51,075 bases of DNA from a virus (taxonomy: Duplodnaviria; Caudoviricetes): positions 1-51,075 of the IMG/VR virus record IMGVR_UViG_3300010401_000013. One strand, given 5' to 3'. Under the pieces are notes generated by a model. The model made no database searches and was not told the DNA's origin. It saw only the letters and a list, made by a program, of their open reading frames with translations. This document shows, in pieces, positions 19,521 to 28,957 of the stretch (positions are counted from its first letter, which is position 1; the number at the start of each line of letters is the position of its first letter). The translations under genes and the position numbers were made by a program.

Positions 19521-19554
19521 GGTAGCTTTGAGCAACTGACTTTGGAGTTGAAAA

Positions 19555-20820
19555 TTACTCTATTTCACCTTTCAACCGCCTAAATGTATCCTCATTGATT
19601 TCAGGCACGACCGACTGTTGCCCATTAGTCGTCCTGCTTGCTCCACTATTCGCTGCTGTCGCTGTTGGTCCTGCTTGTCGAGCATTCTGTTTACTTACCG
19701 CAGCACCATTTTCTTTGTTCCTCAGCAATTTCACCATCTCCAGAGACTCCATCGCCAAGGTTGCCATATGCACGGCAAACGGCCATAGAACATTCTGCTT
19801 GCTGACTCCAATCTTCAACATTTCCGTCTCTACCGCCGACAATTTCTTCTTACCATCGTCCGACTTGTAGATGTCTTTGCAGACAAAATCGATTGCCCGC
19901 TGGACATTCTGTTGAACTTGGGCATTCTGTTGCTTGTGTTGGTTGACGAATCCATCAAGCTTCCCTTGAAGTCCTTGCTTGTGTCCACTAATTGCCGTCA
20001 AGTTTCGCAATAAGGTGATTTCCGCCTCAGGACTCGCTACCTGTTTCGGTCCTTGGACGATTCCACCCTTTCCATCGTCATGCAGGTTTGTCCATTCTTT
20101 CCCGTTCTTAACATTCGTCAATTGCTGAACGTAATGAGCCTCCACTTTCTCAGCGGTTGTCAACTCGTTTGTCAACTGTCCAAATTCTGGGGTTAGTACA
20201 TAAGCATTCTCAGCCTCATAGTAAGATCGTTGTGCCTCCTTGCCGTCAAAAGACTTGACCTTGCCCTCTAATTCGGTTGCTTTCGCCTTAAGTGCCTCAT
20301 GCTCGACTTTCGTCTTCTCATACTCTTTCAACAATGGAGCAACCTTCGAGAAGTCATTGTTATGCAAAGACTTTGCAACCTCCAGCAGGTTTCCCGACAA
20401 TCCTGAATAGTCTCTTGCAGACTGTTTTCCTGTCGTTACTTTAGGTGGCTGAGACTGTTGCTGCTGCCCTTTACTCTTGTCCTCAGGTGTGCCCTCAGGT
20501 GTATCCTCAGACAGGCCGTCGCCAAGGAGTTTCTTCATCCGCTCCAAGCCTGCATCTTCGCTATTTTCCGTTTCTGGATTCTCGTCGAGAGTTGCCTGTC
20601 GCTTAGGGGCTTGGTCAGTGGTTACTGGTGCATTCTCGGTGGTTGTTGTGGTTGCTTCTTGTGATTCCTCCTCACCACCTGTCCCATTCTGCATCTGTGC
20701 GAATGATGTTGCAGAGGTGGACGAGACTGGTGTTGACTTACTTCCACCTGCCGCTCCAAGTAAGGCTAGCGGTCCTGAGGCTGCTGCCGGCGCTGCTTGA
20801 TTACTGTTGTCGTCTGGCAT
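19555..20820 (-). CDS. Scaffolding protein (putative)
   Basis: Acidic disordered N-terminus plus coiled coil; between portal and capsid genes. Confidence 0.65.
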   Translation of the reverse strand: MPDDNSNQAAPAAASGPLALLGAAGGSKSTPVSSTSATSFAQMQNGTGGEEESQEATTTTTENAPVTTDQAPKRQATLDENPETENSEDAGLERMKKLLGDGLSEDTPEGTPEDKSKGQQQQSQPPKVTTGKQSARDYSGLSGNLLEVAKSLHNNDFSKVAPLLKEYEKTKVEHEALKAKATELEGKVKSFDGKEAQRSYYEAENAYVLTPEFGQLTNELTTAEKVEAHYVQQLTNVKNGKEWTNLHDDGKGGIVQGPKQVASPEAEITLLRNLTAISGHKQGLQGKLDGFVNQHKQQNAQVQQNVQRAIDFVCKDIYKSDDGKKKLSAVETEMLKIGVSKQNVLWPFAVHMATLAMESLEMVKLLRNKENGAAVSKQNARQAGPTATAANSGASRTTNGQQSVVPEINEDTFRRLKGEIE

Positions 20821-20823
20821 AAG

Positions 20824-21120
20824 TTACTGACTTTCGATTAGGTCTGAGGTTCCTGTTTTGATTTGTTTGATACACTCCTCTAAGGTTGCTGCTACCGTCA
20901 CTGCACGCAACAATGCTAAATGCTCATGCTGTCGCTTGGAGATTTCAACCATCCGTTTCTGCTTTGTCACCAATATGCTTTCTAGTTCCCGCAACAACGC
21001 CTGACAACCTTCCTGTGCTAGAAACTGCTTACGCAGAAGGTTGCGGACTTCCTGAGGTTGGGACGTTAGTGGACTGGTTAGATGCTGGACTTGCTCCAGA
21101 GTTGGATTGCTGTTGACCAT
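20824..21120 (-). CDS. Hypothetical small helical protein after portal
   Basis: 98 aa; synteny. Confidence 0.5.
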   Translation of the reverse strand: MVNSNPTLEQVQHLTSPLTSQPQEVRNLLRKQFLAQEGCQALLRELESILVTKQKRMVEISKRQHEHLALLRAVTVAATLEECIKQIKTGTSDLIESQ

Positions 21121-22957
21121 TTTGTTGATTAGGTTGTGGTTGAACTCCTGCTAGCTGTTGGGCTGCCTGTATCATCTGTTGCACTTGTTGCACTTTGTCA
21201 GGCATGATCTTGGCAATATCAGGGAGCATCGCCTGAACAACTTGTGACAGTGCAAGCAAGGTATTCTTCATCATGTCACCCTGTTGCAACAATAGCGCAA
21301 AATCTTTGCCGTCCTCTGGCAACAGGAGTTCCAGAAACTTCTGCAAGTATGACGAGACGATTGTTGTTCCCTGTATCATTGGCCATGCATTTGCCATTTT
21401 CGTCAAGCGATCCTGACGCTTGATGACATCGGAGTCGCCTGCTGCAAGGACTCGATAATGCTGGGCAAGGACCATTTGGTCATTATCAATTAACAACTCT
21501 GGCTCTGTCTTGCCCGGAAGTGTTGTCATCACCTTCTTGCCAACCAGATAGATTATATTCTGCTGCGCCAAGTTTTTTGCAATCTTGAAGATAAACGTAT
21601 ATGCTTGGTGGATGAAGTTGCTATACATCGATATGCTGATACCGTTCAACGACTGCGTATCCTCCACACTAGCATCTACTTCTGCTGCCGTTGGTCTTGT
21701 CCTTCCCGTTTTTGACTGCAAGGCTGCCGTTGCCTGTCCTGCATCTTGCATCTGATTGGTCCTGCGCAATTGCAAGAACCTCATGAAGTTGGGGTCAGAG
21801 GGCGGAAGATTAAAGAATCCAATCTTCTTGTTGTAAACTAATCCTGTCCTGATTTTAACAGAGGTCTCCTTCAATGCCGATCCCTGCGATTCTGGGTCGT
21901 CAAGGTATGCATAGACACCGGACCCACGCACGAAGTTATTGGCTAACGCTGACATTCCTGTCGTCTGAAGTTCTTGCTCAAACTCCTGCAAGAAGACAAT
22001 TCCACGCGACAATCCCAATTCCTGTTGTGAGGTCTGGTAATATTGATATGCGAAGTAGGGTAATTCTATCAGACCTACAGGTTGCCACTGTTCTTGCTGT
22101 GGAACTGGCGGAACTCCAGGTAGGGGTAGTTGTTGTGCTGCCTGTTGTGCCTGTCCAAACTGTGGATTTGGAATCTTGAATCCTAATTCCACCCGTTGAG
22201 GTTCACGCAACCACTTCTTAGCATCTCCATCTTTCGAATACCACAGGCTGTAGATCTGATTACCGTCGTCGCTATTCTTGTAGGTTACTTTATAGACAAT
22301 GAACAGGAAAGTCAGAAAATCCTGCTGTTCTTCACGACTTTTCACTAAAGCATCCACAACTTCCTGTGAAAATCCAAACTCTACCACCTTTTCTTGCAAC
22401 TGATCGGCGGTATATCGATAGATGCGAATAACACAAGAATTGTCATCCATCTTGATTGCTCGACGGTTGTAGATGAAATCTAGGGGCGAAACAAACTCAA
22501 GTGCAAGCTTCAGAGGTTTCGTCTCATCGTAGACAACTTCTGCAAATGCAATTCCGTGTGACAATCCTGCGTCGATGATCTTATAATGTTCTGTCAACCA
22601 TCCATTATATTTGCATCCTGTGTTGAATGCTGTTTCCAAAACCGCAGGATCATCGTCGGGAAAGTGGACGTTATCGAGTTTTACCAAGCGTGGACCAGAA
22701 AGATAGCTCAGAAATGCCGGAAGTTCTCGACGAATGGTGCTATCGATCACCCTGTCGGGAATCAACGTCTCGTCACTCAACAACCGACCATTCACTCGCT
22801 CTTCCTCCACACTAACATCCACAAACCTGGTGTCGTTCTCGCTTCGATAGACAGGTTCCACCTGTGTTATGAAATCAGAAATCATCTGCGAGAACTTCTT
22901 GGAGGACTTGTCGTAATCGAAAAGCTTCATGGCTGTTAATTCTTCAATTGCTTCCAC
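21029..22957 (-). CDS. Portal protein
   Basis: 642 aa after TerL; HGIAFAEV, RPTAAEV motifs; Q-rich C-terminal tail typical of P22-like portals. Confidence 0.75.
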   Translation of the reverse strand: MEAIEELTAMKLFDYDKSSKKFSQMISDFITQVEPVYRSENDTRFVDVSVEEERVNGRLLSDETLIPDRVIDSTIRRELPAFLSYLSGPRLVKLDNVHFPDDDPAVLETAFNTGCKYNGWLTEHYKIIDAGLSHGIAFAEVVYDETKPLKLALEFVSPLDFIYNRRAIKMDDNSCVIRIYRYTADQLQEKVVEFGFSQEVVDALVKSREEQQDFLTFLFIVYKVTYKNSDDGNQIYSLWYSKDGDAKKWLREPQRVELGFKIPNPQFGQAQQAAQQLPLPGVPPVPQQEQWQPVGLIELPYFAYQYYQTSQQELGLSRGIVFLQEFEQELQTTGMSALANNFVRGSGVYAYLDDPESQGSALKETSVKIRTGLVYNKKIGFFNLPPSDPNFMRFLQLRRTNQMQDAGQATAALQSKTGRTRPTAAEVDASVEDTQSLNGISISMYSNFIHQAYTFIFKIAKNLAQQNIIYLVGKKVMTTLPGKTEPELLIDNDQMVLAQHYRVLAAGDSDVIKRQDRLTKMANAWPMIQGTTIVSSYLQKFLELLLPEDGKDFALLLQQGDMMKNTLLALSQVVQAMLPDIAKIMPDKVQQVQQMIQAAQQLAGVQPQPNQQNGQQQSNSGASPASNQSTNVPTSGSPQPSA

Positions 22958-24606
22958 CTGTTACGTGTGGAGGAGTTAGATCGTGAGTTGATTAATGTTC
23001 CGAGATTCAAATAGCAGAGTTGCTCTTGCTTATGCGTGGATTGGGAAGACTTCAAGTATCGCGACCAAGCTTCTTGCGTGTCACGTTCTTGCGTGGATAC
23101 ATGGGTATCTACCACTTCTGCCGTTCCCACAAAAGCATCCGGCTTCACATTCGCATACGCGAGAACATAGGCATCCGCGCGGTCTGGTGATCCATGCCCG
23201 CGTAATTTTGCATCAATCTTTGACTCCAAACTCATGACGCCTGCGTCTGACGGCTTGTTGAAATACCTGTTGCTCAACTGGTCTTTCAACGTCTCGTCAT
23301 GCTTGGGGATGATTAAGGTTCTGTGTTGTAGATGCAACTTGACGTTGTAGTATAATTCTATTCCGCGGTTCCTGAACCTTGCTGGATTAGCTGCTTTAGA
23401 CTCATTCCGCAACCTTCTAATTGGCCACCCTCTATCTGCAAGCATGGTAATCAGTGCTCGTCCTAATCCACCCTCATCACCGTTCACATTATCGGGCACA
23501 AGACCTTTTGCCCGCCACTTATCAAGAAACGCCGCAAGCCTATTGACTACGTAGTTTGCGTCCTTGTTCCTGAAGAACTCTACGTCAACTACCATGTTGC
23601 CATCTATGATGTATCCTCCGCATTCATCTCCACCAATCGACAGGGAGAAGTCAATTCCTGCACGTAAGATTCCCTCACCTTCTCGCTTGTGTGCTGGTGG
23701 ATGTAGGATCAAGTCGTCAATTAACGCCCTACTGATTACTGTCGTTTCCTCCTGTGAGGTGAACTCACTCCAGAATTGGCTACGCAATATTGCATCTCCT
23801 GCACCGTAATATCCTTGATCGGCTTCTGCTTTCTCTCGTGAGATGTGGGGACATTCATCTATGGTCACCTTGCGAAATGAATACTTCCACGCTTGTCGTG
23901 GTTGTCGCATCTCTATCGCATCTCGATAGTGTTTGTAGAAATCTCCACCTGTGGAACCTGCTGACGACACTTCTATCCAGTAGTTGTAGGTGCATCGATT
24001 CAGTCCCCGGAAGTTGCCTGTTGGGATGCCCTTGGCTTCGTTCAAGACGATTGCACAGTCTCGTCCTGGGGAGTCGTCAAACGGATGGTAACCTTCCGCT
24101 TTATTTGCCTCGTCTGTCACGAACATGTAAATCTCGCTGCCTGTCAAGGTGCAGATAATATGCTGCTTTCGTATGCGGAAGAACTCGCCACCCATGTTCT
24201 TGTTGATGCATTCGCATAGCCTTACGATTCCTGGTTCAGTCTGGGTATTCAGCTGCTTGAAGGAACCTGACGTGATGATGCATCGACTACGGATTTTGCA
24301 ACAGGCGAACCATACAGCGAATAAAGCGATGCAATAGGCATCCTTGCCTGAGCCATTTGCTGCAAGTAACAAGAACTTGCACGGGTCCTCAATGCTAAAC
24401 GGCTGCTCACAGATAAACGTGGAGATTTCCTTCTGCCAGTCGTAGAGGTCTTTCTTATGAGTAGCCAATTCCGGCAATGCCCAAATGCCCAATTCTGCAT
24501 AGCTGGTGAACGCCAGTGGTGCATACTGGTTGCCTATCTCACCAAGAATCTCTCGATACTCGTCGTTCGAGAATTCTGTGGTAGTTGTTGTGTAGTCGGC
24601 GAGCAC
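22936..24606 (-). CDS. terL: Terminase large subunit
   Basis: Walker A AANGSGKD, EGYH, Walker B VLNEAKG; nuclease motifs AGIDFS, DEGGLG, SPDRADA. Confidence 0.92.
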   Translation of the reverse strand: MLADYTTTTTEFSNDEYREILGEIGNQYAPLAFTSYAELGIWALPELATHKKDLYDWQKEISTFICEQPFSIEDPCKFLLLAANGSGKDAYCIALFAVWFACCKIRSRCIITSGSFKQLNTQTEPGIVRLCECINKNMGGEFFRIRKQHIICTLTGSEIYMFVTDEANKAEGYHPFDDSPGRDCAIVLNEAKGIPTGNFRGLNRCTYNYWIEVSSAGSTGGDFYKHYRDAIEMRQPRQAWKYSFRKVTIDECPHISREKAEADQGYYGAGDAILRSQFWSEFTSQEETTVISRALIDDLILHPPAHKREGEGILRAGIDFSLSIGGDECGGYIIDGNMVVDVEFFRNKDANYVVNRLAAFLDKWRAKGLVPDNVNGDEGGLGRALITMLADRGWPIRRLRNESKAANPARFRNRGIELYYNVKLHLQHRTLIIPKHDETLKDQLSNRYFNKPSDAGVMSLESKIDAKLRGHGSPDRADAYVLAYANVKPDAFVGTAEVVDTHVSTQERDTQEAWSRYLKSSQSTHKQEQLCYLNLGTLINSRSNSSTRNRWKQLKN

Positions 24607-24882
24607 TTAATTATTCGTCCAGAAGGATAGTGTCTGGTTGGTCAAGAGATGGTCGTGATAGGCATTAGTCAACTGCTGCCAGTATTTCTCTGGAATCAGT
24701 GGAATTAACGTGTGCTCCCATTTCAATGCCAGTTGATTCGTTAGTTTTAACATTTCTCCCGGCTTCACATACACTATCGTAAGATTCTTTGACTCTGTCC
24801 AAGTGATGTCACTGCTCTTGGTTGCTGCTGCAATTGTTGACCCAAGAATTAGACTGGCTACCAGTAATTTTGTTTTATTCAT
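24607..24882 (-). CDS. Small exported protein
   Basis: MNKTKLLVASLILGSTIAAA leader from ATG 24882. Confidence 0.5.
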   Translation of the reverse strand: MNKTKLLVASLILGSTIAAATKSSDITWTESKNLTIVYVKPGEMLKLTNQLALKWEHTLIPLIPEKYWQQLTNAYHDHLLTNQTLSFWTNN

Positions 24883-25000
24883 ATTGTCGTTAGCACGAGA
24901 GAAAACCAACTCAGTTTGTTTCTCGAAGTGTGTGTTCATGGATGACTCTCTCACAAGCATCCGTCCTCAAGGTCCCTCCTTCAACTGAGTTGGTTTAAAA

Positions 25001-25177
25001 TCAAGGCAGGTAACCCTTCACAGCCCACGCAAACATGGTGGTTGTCGCTAACCACAATGGCGCATAAATCCAGATTGGCCACCGGGGTTTGTCATGCTCA
25101 ACCAAGTCTGCTGAAATGATGAATAGCATGCCTGTCACGAAAGTTTCGCAACCTAAACAGAAGCAGAATGTCAACAT
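25001..25177 (-). CDS. Small membrane protein
   Basis: Two hydrophobic segments; ATG 25177. Confidence 0.45.
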   Translation of the reverse strand: MLTFCFCLGCETFVTGMLFIISADLVEHDKPRWPIWIYAPLWLATTTMFAWAVKGYLP

Positions 25178-25178
25178 A

Positions 25179-25310
25179 TCAATATCCCATCCATTTAAGT
25201 ATCTTCCAAATGAGAGTTCCCACAAGACCAACAATCCCAATGCAGCACAATACTGCAACCAAGAATGTCCAGAGCTTTGCTCCTTGATAGATGTCGTGTT
25301 GGGTGGGCAT
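25179..25310 (-). CDS. 43-aa single-TM protein (not in ORF track)
   Basis: MPTQHDIYQGAKLWTFLVAVLCCIGIVGLVGTLIWKILKWMGY. Confidence 0.5.
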   Translation of the reverse strand: MPTQHDIYQGAKLWTFLVAVLCCIGIVGLVGTLIWKILKWMGY

Positions 25311-25314
25311 AATG

Positions 25315-25974
25315 TTATTCAATCACCGAAGCTTCCTCAATGATGGTTACCGGAGTCTCAATCACAGCACCAACTTCATTCACGGTCTTAATGACGTTCG
25401 GGTTGTTCTGGTCCAAACTTCCAGGTCCGATTCCTCGTGCTCGTCGGATGGCCTCATTTAACTTCAGAACACTAATTTGCATGAATTCCCGGGCAGGGTC
25501 GTTATAGGAGTTCCCGGCTTGTGAGTAGTTGTTCCGCTTGTCTTTAATCAAGACGTTCGATGCTTTGATTCGGACATGCTCGTCTGGGCTGCTCAATGCC
25601 AATTCCAACAATCCCCGACAAACCATCCTATATTCCTCGTCGGTGATTGCCGATTGCAAGGGAACACCATCCGCTTTACGGATGTCCACTTCATATCCTG
25701 TTGCTCGTCGACTACTACCGCTATCCCCATTGAATGATGGCCCACCATTCCCATTCGCTGCCACTGCTCTTTGCCGTGAAGCATCTTGTGCCAGCCGTTC
25801 TGCCTTCGCCATAAGTTCTGCTTTCACAGCTTCACGATACTTTGCACTGTTGTCATTCAGCAATTTTTTAACAACACCCGTATCCAGCTTCAACTCCGTG
25901 GCGATGCGATCTATGGTGAGCCCGGTCTGCTCATACATAGTCTTCGCCAACATTGTTGCTAGTTGGGTGTTCAT
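25315..25974 (-). CDS. Terminase small subunit candidate
   Basis: N-terminal HTH-like GLTIDRIATELKLDTGVVKKLL; upstream of terL. Confidence 0.5.
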   Translation of the reverse strand: MNTQLATMLAKTMYEQTGLTIDRIATELKLDTGVVKKLLNDNSAKYREAVKAELMAKAERLAQDASRQRAVAANGNGGPSFNGDSGSSRRATGYEVDIRKADGVPLQSAITDEEYRMVCRGLLELALSSPDEHVRIKASNVLIKDKRNNYSQAGNSYNDPAREFMQISVLKLNEAIRRARGIGPGSLDQNNPNVIKTVNEVGAVIETPVTIIEEASVIE

Positions 25975-25978
25975 CTTA

Positions 25979-26242
25979 TTATGCCTCCGCTCCTGTCCAC
26001 TGCTTAACGTCTTCCACCTTCAACCCCACCGGTTTTACCACACTTACCGCTCCCGCCAAGTCACCCAGGCCGTTGCTCTTCTTCATTATTCTATCCACCT
26101 GTTTCTCTGTTTCCCTCTCACACTCTTTTACCACTTCCACTATTTCAGGCCTCTCCCAAAACTCGTCCATCGCCCGCCTAACAATCTCCCTGCTCGCTTC
26201 TACCACCATCCCACAAATTTCTTTCTCTCCAGTTGTCAACAT
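25979..26242 (-). CDS. Hypothetical protein, first gene of the late operon
   Basis: ATG 26242 lies at the predicted sigma54 +1. Confidence 0.5.
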   Translation of the reverse strand: MLTTGEKEICGMVVEASREIVRRAMDEFWERPEIVEVVKECERETEKQVDRIMKKSNGLGDLAGAVSVVKPVGLKVEDVKQWTGAEA

Positions 26243-26253
26243 GCTCACATCTG

Positions 26254-26270
26254 AGCAATATCCCTGCCAG
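26254..26270 (-). promoter_or_regulatory. sigma54 promoter heading the late operon
   Basis: CTGGCAGGGATATTGCT, near-consensus with TTGCT. Confidence 0.82.
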
Positions 26271-26564
26271 TGTTAATGGAGTTTAGTGATCTTATCATTT
26301 TAGGTTTCTTGGGGGTGTAAAATTTGTGAGTGGTTCATAGTAAGAGGTTTTCGAAAATTTCGATTCGCTTTCGCTACTCAGTATATACTCAGTCTATATT
26401 GTGATAGTGTCTACGTTAACGATAACGGACCGGTAACGATAAAGCTACCTATGGGATACCAATGCGTCAAATTTTCACGCATAAGGCGTGAGATTCACGC
26501 GTGCAAGATGCAATGGACCACTACAGGTTGTAGTATGGTGAAGTAGGTATACCACATATAGACA

Positions 26565-26590
26565 TTGGCACGGGTGGAGCGCAGGTTGCT
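26565..26590 (+). promoter_or_regulatory. Two overlapping sigma54-like promoters
   Basis: TTGGCACGGGTGGAGCG and, 9 nt later, GTGGAGCGCAGGTTGCT; both GG-N10-GC; the second predicts +1 near 26601. Confidence 0.55.
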
Positions 26591-26600
26591 ATGTTAGGTC

Positions 26601-27050
26601 ACTGTGTGGAGCTAGTCCCTAGCGTTCAATGGTTAGGCCTGTGCTAACCATTGGCCGCTGAAGACAGTAGCTCCCAGAGCACAGTCCCAGCTTGGTTTAC
26701 ATATTCGGACACTTAACCAGTGTTACAGCGGGCGCGGACCTTGACAGTCCATTCTGCCGCAGAAGCAAGTAAGAGCCACTGTATATAGTGGATAGCTCGG
26801 AAGCGGCTACGTAATCAATCGTAGGTTCCATGCATATATAACGGGAATGATCCAAAGTAATGGATGCCATAAGCGGGACCATAGGTTGATGACTCGCTTG
26901 ACCATGAAACGGAATCCCTCGGAGTAGGTCAAGACTCTCGAACAATAACTTGACCGAAGCTTGACAATTGATAGTGACAAAGCAATGACTCGCCTAGTCG
27001 AGCATAGAGTAGCTTCCCTTGTGAAGTGAAAGCTAGAATCAATTGTCGAG
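26601..27050 (+). ncRNA. Candidate large structured non-coding RNA / leader
   Basis: No credible plus-strand ORF; 85-nt rod hairpin 26601-26685, many short hairpins, 13-bp long-range stem 26960-26972/27038-27050. Confidence 0.45.
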
Positions 27051-27097
27051 TCTTCTCAACAGTCGACATGAAGTCGACTGTTGAGCATGACTCTATG
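27048..27097 (+). repeat. Structured pre-ATG element, copy 1
   Basis: GAGTCTTCT-[hairpin]-AGCATGACTCTATG. Confidence 0.75.
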
Positions 27098-27268
27098 AAG
27101 CTGGTAAAATACAAAGATAAGGAGTATTACGTTGAGGAGTTTCAAGATTTCATAACAGGCGAGAAAACCTTTGAAGCGGCATCTGTTGATGTTAATATTC
27201 ATGCGTATGGCATAACACCGGAATTGGCATTAGAACGCTGCCACAAAGCGGCACTAGAGAATGAGTAG
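27095..27268 (+). CDS. Small early protein, HicB-like fold possible
   Basis: IHAYGITPELALE motif. Confidence 0.45.
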   Translation: MKLVKYKDKEYYVEEFQDFITGEKTFEAASVDVNIHAYGITPELALERCHKAALENE

Positions 27269-27318
27269 AGTCTTCTGGCGGAATGGCAATAACGTCGTTT
27301 CGCCAGCATGACTCTATG
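27268..27318 (+). repeat. Structured pre-ATG element, copy 2
   Basis: Same flanks as 27048-27097 with a different but still paired inner stem. Confidence 0.75.
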
Positions 27319-27492
27319 ACGCAGCATCAGGTAGTTAAAATCCATCTTGACGGCAATCGCCAAGTCAAGCAAGTTGAATACCTACACGGAACAATTGTCA
27401 ATATTAAATCCCGTGATATGACAATTAAAGAGTGTATGGAACTCATGGCCAGCTTGGGCGCATATATCGTCAAACAAACAATTGGGCGTTAA
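27316..27492 (+). CDS. Hypothetical early protein
   Basis: ATG directly after the structured element. Confidence 0.55.
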   Translation: MTQHQVVKIHLDGNRQVKQVEYLHGTIVNIKSRDMTIKECMELMASLGAYIVKQTIGR

Positions 27493-27537
27493 GCCCTTTC
27501 AACTGTCGCAATCACGTTGACAGTTGAACAATGCTTA

Positions 27538-27981
27538 ATGAACACCGAAATTCAAACACAGCAACAAGACAACTCTACGCTCGCCTTTCCCATTGCTGGC
27601 ACTCCCCGTTTCCAACTGGACGCCTCCGGGATGAAATGGCGTGACTATCGGAAGGCGGCAGGAATCGACGATAAGTCACCAATGGACAAGGTGAAGGCGG
27701 CACAGAAGGAATTCAAGGCGCAACAGAAACAGGCGTTCAAACAGGCGAAGCAGTTGGCAGGGTTGTTAATCAATGATGACAGCTTCCGGCAGGTGAAACT
27801 GACCTGTCATACGGATAAGAAAGGGTATCGGGTATTCTCCGTGCGTGGAACCACAAAGGCGCTGAAGGTTCCTAAAGCGTTGGCGGACGAGGCTGAGAAA
27901 CCTGTTAGTGAAATGAGCGTGGAAGAGCTTGAAGCAATCATTGCAGAGCGGAAAGCTGTGGTGACTGTGGAAGCGGCCTAA
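27538..27981 (+). CDS. Hypothetical Lys/Ala-rich early protein
   Basis: 147 aa from ATG 27538; flanked by hairpins at 27498-27528 and 27995-28020. Confidence 0.65.
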   Translation: MNTEIQTQQQDNSTLAFPIAGTPRFQLDASGMKWRDYRKAAGIDDKSPMDKVKAAQKEFKAQQKQAFKQAKQLAGLLINDDSFRQVKLTCHTDKKGYRVFSVRGTTKALKVPKALADEAEKPVSEMSVEELEAIIAERKAVVTVEAA

Positions 27982-28533
27982 GTCAATCGAACAAGAGCTT
28001 CTTGTGAATACAGGAGGCTCCTTTCGGTTTACTTCAACACTCAATAACATGATAACCATCACCATTACTAACGGCGTGGATACTTACACAAAAGAAGTTG
28101 CTCCTGCGGAGATTGACGAAGTCATTGCCTTCTGTGCTCTTGGATTCTGGCGGATTGTCGCGGTGAACGCTTAAAATTCCACGATGCCTACCGTGGCGAC
28201 GGCCTCCTGGGTTTCTTAGTGGTTGTGTTATGAATCCACATCGTGCATTGGAACGGAACTTGGTGATTCTTCTGCTACTATCTAGCGTTCTACTTGCCAT
28301 TAAACTCCTCTCATGATTCTCAAACGCAAGATTCACCCACCACGCAAAATCACCAGAATCTTTCCACAACGCACAACTGTCTATTACTTTCCTGTTAGTT
28401 GGACACTTGATGAGAAATTGGCTTTCGTTTGCAAGCGATGGCCTCGAAAAGTTGTAGGATTAAGACCAAAGACGCTAGAAATCTGGTTGAAATAGAATGA
28501 GAAATTAGCCCTTTCATAAAACTTATCAAGTTG

Positions 28534-28870
28534 TTATGCCATTTTATGGCCTTCTTCTTATTCTTTATCTTTTTTATATATTTTTTTATATTTTTTTTCT
28601 TTTTTAATAACTTTTTAGCAGGAAGTTCTTGGTGAGACTTGATTTGATAAAGTGGCATAAAGTGGCATAAAACGGTGTTAAATCGGCATAAAATGGCATA
28701 AACATAGATAGGGAAAAAGAAAGAAGTGATAAGGAGAGATAAAGACATAGGATGGAATGTGAAAAGGGGTTAGCAGGAATTTAGCAGTGTGGTAGTGGTG
28801 ATTTAGGAATGTCTTCTTTTTCCATAAGATCTATAGGCCAATTTATGCCCAATTATGCCAGTTTATGCCA
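28534..28870. repeat. Putative replication origin: GGCATAA iterons plus AT-rich tract
   Basis: Direct copies at 28654, 28664, 28685, 28695; inverted copies at 28534, 28843, 28853, 28863; T-rich run ~28552-28616. Confidence 0.65.
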
Positions 28871-28957
28871 CTTCCCGGGCGGGAATGGCTGAAAAGGTCG
28901 TGCTAAAAAGATATGAGAAAAGAAATGAATCATAAGGCGGAGATAAAGGATGCATAA

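Noticed and set aside
25529-26254. 241-aa plus-strand ORF
   Set aside because: Antisense shadow of two late genes
26961-26990. TTGACA as a sigma70 -35 box
   Set aside because: No credible -10 hexamer at 16-18 nt; the sequence is part of a long-range stem
28395-28748. 117-aa Lys-rich minus-strand ORF
   Set aside because: Product of the low-complexity T tract and repeats in the origin-like region
28650-28870. CRISPR-like or mini-array reading of the repeats
   Set aside because: Units are 7-10 bp with no unique spacers; the Cas4-like nuclease sits in a recombination context with no other cas genes
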